DNA from: Candidatus Multivorans sp.
GTDB taxonomy: Bacteria; Acidobacteriota; Thermoanaerobaculia; Multivoradales; Multivoraceae
Assembly (NCBI GenBank): GCA_965216125.1
Contig: OZ244152.1
Location: forward strand, 2,755,035 to 2,819,034
Direction: 5' to 3'
Length of the DNA: 64,000 bases
This document shows, piece by piece, positions 59,101 through 64,000 of this stretch. The notes beneath the pieces are model-generated. The model searched no databases and was not told the origin of the DNA. It saw only the letters and a program-made list of their open reading frames with translations. The position numbers and the translations under genes are program-made. Position 1 is the first letter of the stretch; each line of letters opens with the position of its first letter.

Positions 59101-59142
59101 GAGGCCGAACGGCTGTTGACCGCGGAATTCGTCATCGGATGA
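56101..59142 (+). CDS. SNF2-family (RapA/HepA-like) DEAH helicase with a C-terminal coiled-coil-rich extension of about 430 aa
   Basis: In-frame ATG 56101. Motif I [9 protein letters not shown]. Motif II LIDEAHE. Helicase-C [23 protein letters not shown]. Glu/Arg-rich extension after the helicase core. Confidence 0.8.
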   Translation: [1013 protein letters not shown]

Positions 59143-59224
59143 GAGTCTTCCAATCGACGTGCGAGGGGATACTCCTCGCATGAAGCGCGGCAACGAGCAG
59201 CAGGAGCATCCAAAGGAAAACGAC

Positions 59225-60352
59225 ATGGCGCTGACACTGCTACACACCGCCGACTGGCACCTGGGCCGTCGCTTCCCGTCGTTCGAACGGGTCCAGGAAC
59301 AGCGGTTGACCCGCGCCCGCTTGGAAGTCGTCGGTCGCATTCTGGATCTTGCCGACAGTCGCAATGTCGACGCAGTGCTGTGCGCCGGCGATCTGTTCGA
59401 CGATCTGGCACCGGCGCCGGAGTGGTGGGGCGGCGTCCTGAAGGAGTTCCAGCGGCGCGACTGGCGACGTCCCGTCGTGCTGCTGCCCGGCAACCACGAT
59501 CCGCTGACGCCGCGTTCCGCCTACCACCGCGACCATGCGTTCCGGCGCGGCCTGCCGAACTATGTCCACGTCGTGGACGAACCCTGCTGGCAGCTTCCCC
59601 TCAGCGATGCGGCCGTTGTCATTGCCAATCCCTGCACTTCGCGCGCGGGGCAGACCGATCTGGCCGCTACGTTGCCTAGCCGCGAGTCGGGCGACGAGCG
59701 AATCCGGGTCGGCCTGGTCCACGGCCAGACTTTCGACATCGAAGGCCACCAGACCAACTTCCCCATCGCCCGAGGCAGTGCCGTCGAGCGCGGCTTCGAC
59801 TACCTCGCCATCGGCGACAGCCATGCGTACAGGGATGTTGAGCCGAAGGCACCAGCGCCGACCGTGTACCCAGGCACGCCGGAGGCCACCAACTTCGGCG
59901 AGAAGGACACCGGCAACGTTGCGATCGTGTTCCTGCCACTGGACCGCCGACGCCGTGCATTGGTTCGGCCCGAAGCCGTGGGCATTTGGAACTGGCGCGA
60001 GGTGGACTGCCGGTCGATGACGGAACTGCGCGGTCTCGCGGCCGACCCCGATCTGCGCAAGACAGTGCTGAGGCTGGTCCTGGATATGGACCTGCCCATG
60101 GCCGAGTACGACGAGGCCGAGAGCATCCTCAGCGAACTCGGCGGCTCGATGGCGACGACGCCAAGGGTCGGCGTGCTGGCAGCGGAGCGTGGCGGACTGC
60201 GCCTCATTGCCGACGCGCCGATCGACTTCGACGCCGATCTGCCCGTGTTGCAGGCCGCCGTGCAACGCCTGCAGGCTCACGCCGGGACCGACCCCGAGGT
60301 CGCCGAACGCGCGCTGCATCACCTCTATCGGCTGGCTAGGGAGCAGGCCTGA
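59225..60352 (+). CDS. SbcD/Mre11-family metallophosphoesterase nuclease
   Basis: All five calcineurin/Mre11 motifs are present: HTADWHLG, CAGDLFDD, LLPGNHDP, VHGQ...GH and AIGDSHAY. The start is placed at the Met preceded by AAGGAAAA. Confidence 0.75.
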   Translation: MALTLLHTADWHLGRRFPSFERVQEQRLTRARLEVVGRILDLADSRNVDAVLCAGDLFDDLAPAPEWWGGVLKEFQRRDWRRPVVLLPGNHDPLTPRSAYHRDHAFRRGLPNYVHVVDEPCWQLPLSDAAVVIANPCTSRAGQTDLAATLPSRESGDERIRVGLVHGQTFDIEGHQTNFPIARGSAVERGFDYLAIGDSHAYRDVEPKAPAPTVYPGTPEATNFGEKDTGNVAIVFLPLDRRRRALVRPEAVGIWNWREVDCRSMTELRGLAADPDLRKTVLRLVLDMDLPMAEYDEAESILSELGGSMATTPRVGVLAAERGGLRLIADAPIDFDADLPVLQAAVQRLQAHAGTDPEVAERALHHLYRLAREQA

Positions 60353-60355
60353 CGC

Positions 60356-63300
60356 ATGTGGATTCGACGCCTCAAAGTAGCCGACTGCGCCGGGATCGCA
60401 TCTGCAGAAGTCGATCTCGAACCGGGCCTTAACGTGCTGCACGGCCCGAACGAACTGGGCAAGTCGAGCCTCGTTCAGGCGGTGCGGGCCGCGTTGTTGC
60501 TGGAATCGGGTTCTAGGGCCGCGGAGATCCTGGTCGATTGGCACGCCGACGCACCGCCGACCGTCGATCTCACCTTCGAAACGGAAGCGCAACGGGTGTG
60601 GCGGGTCCGCAAGAGCTTCGCTGGCGCCGGCGGCGGTTACGCCTATCTGGAGTTCTCCAAGGATGGCTGCGAGTTCAGCCAGGACAGCAGGGGCCGCGAG
60701 GTCGACGGCAAACTGAGTGAGATGCTGGGTTGGGGCATCAAGGCGCCAGGCGGCCGCGGCGGTCGGCGCGGCATGCCGGTCTCCCTGATCACCACCGCGT
60801 TGCTCGGTGAGCAGGGCGATGTCGTGGCCATTCTCAAGGGCAGCCTCGCCGACGACCCGGACGAGTCCGGGCGCGAACACTTGACCAGGGCGCTGCAGGG
60901 CCTGGCCGAGGACCCGCGGATGAAGGTGCTCCTCGACAGCGTGCAGGAGAAGGTCGATGAAGCGTTCACCGCCACCGGCCGGCGCCGCAGCGGTCAGGCC
61001 TCGCCATGGACGCAGCTCCGTTCTGAGCGGGCTGCTGCCGATCAGAGGGAACGCGAGGTTCGCCAACAGCGTGAAGAAAGCGAAGGCGCTCGCCTGAATG
61101 CTGAGAGGCTGCAACGGGAACTGCTGGAGGCACAAGCCGAGGCGGACGACGCAGGCCGCGCCCTTACCGGCGCCCGGACAGCATTGGCGCAACGTGGGGA
61201 GCATGACGAGGCTGCCGCCAAGCTGGCCCGCGCCGAGGAGGATCTGGACCGCGTCAGGACGTCAATCGAAGAGCGCGATGCCGGGGTCGCGGCTCTTTCC
61301 GCGGCCCGAACCGAAGTCGTCGCACTGGAAGCGGAGCATGGCGACGCCGAGCGGGCTCTCGCCCACATCGTGCCTCAAGTCGAGGCTGCTCGCGGACTGG
61401 TGCGTGAGCAGGAGACTGGTGGCGACGAGCAGCAGCGGCGGTTGCGGGAGCAGGAAACGGAGAACCGGAGCCTCGCCGCCGTCCACGAAGAGAAGGAACT
61501 TGAACGGAGTGTCGACCAGGCCAAGACACTCGCGGCGCTCGACGCAGATGTCGGCACACGAAGCGCTGAGCTGGAAGGATGCGAGGCGGAGTTGGCCCGA
61601 GACCGCGCCCTGTTGGATCAGGCCGTGCAGGCCACTGAGGCCGACGAGGATCGGCTGGAAGACTTGGCAGTGGAGCACTGCTGCGCCCGCTATCTGGCGG
61701 CGTCTAGGGCGGCACGGACTTCGGCCAGGGAGCTTGAGGCGGTGCTCGAACAGGCTCGCCGAGCGGCAGCCAGGACGAGCGAAGCCCAAGCCACGAGCGC
61801 GACGGCGGCGGCTCTGAACGCCCCGAGCGCCGAGCAGATGGACCGGCTCAGGGAACTCGGGACCAATCTGCGCATTGCCCGCGAGAAGCTCGCGGTTGGC
61901 CTCGTCGCCGCTCTGACGCTGGAGAAGGCGGCCACTGCCGAGGTCGGTGTCGACGGTGTTGCTCGTCCCGTGCGGATCGGCGGCGGCGAACGACTGGAGT
62001 TTGAGGCCGAACGCGAGTTGCGCTTCGACCTCCCGGGCGTCGGTACTCTTCATGTTCAGGGTGGCAGCCGGGAACTCGTCGCCCATGTCGAGACCGCGGA
62101 GGAACGCTGGAACGCTGCGGGCAAACCAATCTTTGCCCGCACCGGCCTGGGCTCGCTCGCTGAACTCGAAGACCTGCGCCGACGGGCGGACGACCAGTTC
62201 GCCGCTGCCGTAGCCCTCGATCGTCAGGCCGACGACGCCCGGGTGCGCGCCGAGGGCGTTGACGGACTCGAACGCCGGGACGTGGTGGCGCGGGCCGAAT
62301 GCGAACGGCACAGGCAAGCCGTGGCCGAGTTCCTGGAAGAAGGCGCGTCGGTGGAGGACTACATCAAGGGGCTTGGCGAACCGCCCAGGGACGAAGCGAT
62401 CATCGGAAACGACATTGCCGCATTGAAGGATGAGGTTCGCCAGCGTGAGGAGCTTCGTCGTCAACTCATGTCCAAGGTCGAGGGTGACCTACGTGACATT
62501 GCTAGCCGGCGTCGGGTTCTTGACGACAAGCAGGCCGAACTGCGCCGCGCTGACAGTGGCTGGCGAGACGTGCTCGAGGACGCCGAAGAAAGGCTGCGGG
62601 ATCTTGCCCGCCGCCGCCAAGAGTTCGACGCTCAGCTTGAGGCCATCCGCGTGGAGGCGACGGCTGAAGTCGACGAGGCCCGCGAGAAACTAGCGGAACT
62701 TGAGGCAGTGGAGGACGGCGCGCGCCGCCGATTGGAGCAGGTGAACGCGCTGCTGGGCGGGAAGCGGACCGCCTTCGCGCGTTTGGAAGGCGAGGCCGAA
62801 ACCCTGAGTAGAGCGGCAGAGCGTGAGGACATCGACGCCGCCCGGGCGGATCGGGATCGGTGTCGGGAAACGCTCGAGTCCTTGCCGGCCGTAGCGGAAG
62901 CGCCCGAGATCGACCTTGTCGATCTCGAACGAGCTGGGGCTGAAGCCAAGGGGAAGGTGCGGGAGATCGAGTCGCAACTAGGAAGAACCGAAGGGGCCCT
63001 CGAAACTGTCGGTGGTCAGTACATTGAGGAACAAGCCGAGCAGGCGCGAGAAGCTCTCGGCGCGCTCAATGAGCGCGAACACGAGCTCGAGGTCGAGTAC
63101 GAGGCATGGAAGCTGCTCGGGGAAACCCTCAAGGAGGCCCAAGAGACGGACGCAGCCCACCTCGGCAGGGTCCTCCTGCAACCCGTCAGCGGGCGTATGG
63201 CAGAACTCACCGGTGGCCGCTACGGCGAGGTCGCGATCGGTCCGGAACTCGATGCCACCGGTATTGAACTAGGCGGCGCTGAGCGGGAGTTCGGCCGGCT

Positions 63301-63784
63301 TTCGGTCGGCACCCAGGAGCAGATCGCGCTCCTGCTGCGTATCTCCATCGCCGAAGCGCTTGGCGTCTTCGTGATTCTCGACGACCAGCTCACGCAGTCC
63401 GACGAACGCCGTATGGCTTGGCTGCGTGGGTTGCTGGCCGACACGGCGGCGAACATCCAGGTGGTCGTGATGACGTGCCACCCGGAGGACTACGGGATTG
63501 GGCCGGGCATAAATGTCGTGGACCTGACCGAGTGCCTCTCGCGGAGTGCGAACGGCGGCGCGGCCTCGGCAACTTCGGGCCAGGGCGGAGAACCGGCTGC
63601 TGTGCCGGACAATACGAAAGCGGCCAAAGTTCCATCGGCCAGCGCGCGGAGACCGGAAGCAACAGAGAGCGGACCGACGACCAGTCGCCGGAAACGGCGA
63701 ACGCGAGGCACCAGCAGTGAGCCGAAAGAGCAGGATCTTGCCGCGGCGTTGAAGGAGTCGCTGACTCGAAAGAGCGACTCGTAG
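60356..63784 (+). CDS. SbcC/Rad50-like SMC ATPase without a zinc hook (YhaN-like)
   Basis: N-terminal Walker A LHGPNELGKSS. Heptad E/R/A-rich region of about 800 aa. C-terminal signature-like LSVGTQEQ and Walker B VFVILDDQ. No CxxC motif anywhere. 4 nt after the SbcD-like stop. Confidence 0.75.
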   Translation: MWIRRLKVADCAGIASAEVDLEPGLNVLHGPNELGKSSLVQAVRAALLLESGSRAAEILVDWHADAPPTVDLTFETEAQRVWRVRKSFAGAGGGYAYLEFSKDGCEFSQDSRGREVDGKLSEMLGWGIKAPGGRGGRRGMPVSLITTALLGEQGDVVAILKGSLADDPDESGREHLTRALQGLAEDPRMKVLLDSVQEKVDEAFTATGRRRSGQASPWTQLRSERAAADQREREVRQQREESEGARLNAERLQRELLEAQAEADDAGRALTGARTALAQRGEHDEAAAKLARAEEDLDRVRTSIEERDAGVAALSAARTEVVALEAEHGDAERALAHIVPQVEAARGLVREQETGGDEQQRRLREQETENRSLAAVHEEKELERSVDQAKTLAALDADVGTRSAELEGCEAELARDRALLDQAVQATEADEDRLEDLAVEHCCARYLAASRAARTSARELEAVLEQARRAAARTSEAQATSATAAALNAPSAEQMDRLRELGTNLRIAREKLAVGLVAALTLEKAATAEVGVDGVARPVRIGGGERLEFEAERELRFDLPGVGTLHVQGGSRELVAHVETAEERWNAAGKPIFARTGLGSLAELEDLRRRADDQFAAAVALDRQADDARVRAEGVDGLERRDVVARAECERHRQAVAEFLEEGASVEDYIKGLGEPPRDEAIIGNDIAALKDEVRQREELRRQLMSKVEGDLRDIASRRRVLDDKQAELRRADSGWRDVLEDAEERLRDLARRRQEFDAQLEAIRVEATAEVDEAREKLAELEAVEDGARRRLEQVNALLGGKRTAFARLEGEAETLSRAAEREDIDAARADRDRCRETLESLPAVAEAPEIDLVDLERAGAEAKGKVREIESQLGRTEGALETVGGQYIEEQAEQAREALGALNEREHELEVEYEAWKLLGETLKEAQETDAAHLGRVLLQPVSGRMAELTGGRYGEVAIGPELDATGIELGGAEREFGRLSVGTQEQIALLLRISIAEALGVFVILDDQLTQSDERRMAWLRGLLADTAANIQVVVMTCHPEDYGIGPGINVVDLTECLSRSANGGAASATSGQGGEPAAVPDNTKAAKVPSASARRPEATESGPTTSRRKRRTRGTSSEPKEQDLAAALKESLTRKSDS

Positions 63785-63820
63785 GCTGACAACTCCTGGT
63801 CGGCCGCCTGGGACGTTCGC

Positions 63821-64000
63821 CTACCGCTTCCCCGCGGCCTTCTGCGCCCGCTCGATTTTCGCCCACGTGTCCCGCAGCGTGACCGTCCGGTTGAACACCG
63901 GCGCCCCGGCTCGGCTGTCCGGGTCGACGCAGAAGTAGCCGAGCCGCTCGAACTGGACTCGCTCGCCGGGCTCGGCGCCGGCGAGGCTGGGTTCGAGCTG
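63821..64000 (-). CDS. glnS: Glutaminyl-tRNA synthetase, C-terminal end (partial; N-terminus beyond the window)
   Basis: The reverse strand reads ..[41 protein letters not shown], matching the conserved GlnS C-terminal anticodon-binding tail. Confidence 0.55.
   Translation of the reverse strand, partial: QLEPSLAGAEPGERVQFERLGYFCVDPDSRAGAPVFNRTVTLRDTWAKIERAQKAAGKR

Noticed and set aside
60356-63784. Canonical SbcC with a zinc hook
   Set aside because: No CxxC motif anywhere in the 1142-aa protein, so it was annotated as a hook-less SbcC/YhaN-like ATPase instead.
63784-63821. Possible terminator hairpin after the SbcC-like gene (CCTGGTCGGCCGCCTGG)
   Set aside because: The arms are direct repeats, not inverted. 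Only CGGCCG self-pairs.
1-64000. CRISPR arrays, tRNA/rRNA genes, integrases, transposases and reverse transcriptases
   Set aside because: No regularly spaced repeat-spacer arrays, no tRNA-like T-arm or anticodon structures in the intergenic regions inspected, and no recombinase or RT motifs in any frame. The island shows no obvious mobile-element boundaries within the window.

Overview
This 64 kb window is about 70% GC and comes from an unidentified bacterium with no plasmid or phage hallmarks. The first 42 kb is an island of very large secreted multidomain proteins: a trypsin-like protease, a leucine-rich-repeat protein, a PhoA-type alkaline phosphatase, cadherin/Fn3/CARDB adhesin-like giants, two tandem metzincin/Calx-beta/GLUG giants of about 2,100 aa, and a repeat-domain giant. 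Nine of these proteins carry the same unassigned four-cysteine domain of about 115 aa, in two subfamilies. It usually follows poly-Pro or (PD)n linkers and PKD-like domains, sits at the C-terminus in eight proteins, and sits directly after the signal peptide in one. Between them lie small-molecule and transport genes. These are an orphan ABC permease, tandemly duplicated PHP-like phosphoesterases, a formylglycine-generating-enzyme homologue, a TAT-exported Gfo/Idh/MocA oxidoreductase, the fused isobutyryl-CoA mutase IcmF, an acyl-CoA synthetase and a 2-hydroxyacid dehydrogenase. The last 22 kb is housekeeping (MFS/ferritin, mdh, galE, gltX, a partial glnS) plus a HEPN/MNT toxin-antitoxin pair. 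It ends with a co-directional SNF2 helicase, SbcD-like nuclease and hook-less SbcC-like ATPase module that may be a DNA repair or defence unit. DNA-level features include five dispersed copies of a PKD-plus-domain cassette of about 400 bp, and about 1 kb of near-identical sequence at the 3' ends of the two giant paralogs, which suggests gene conversion. There are also CCN and GAYGGC coding microsatellites, an exact (GTCAACGG)x4 repeat, a tandem 19-bp repeat in a divergent promoter, and a perfect 15-bp hairpin with a stop codon in its loop. Many long antisense ORFs are GC artefacts.
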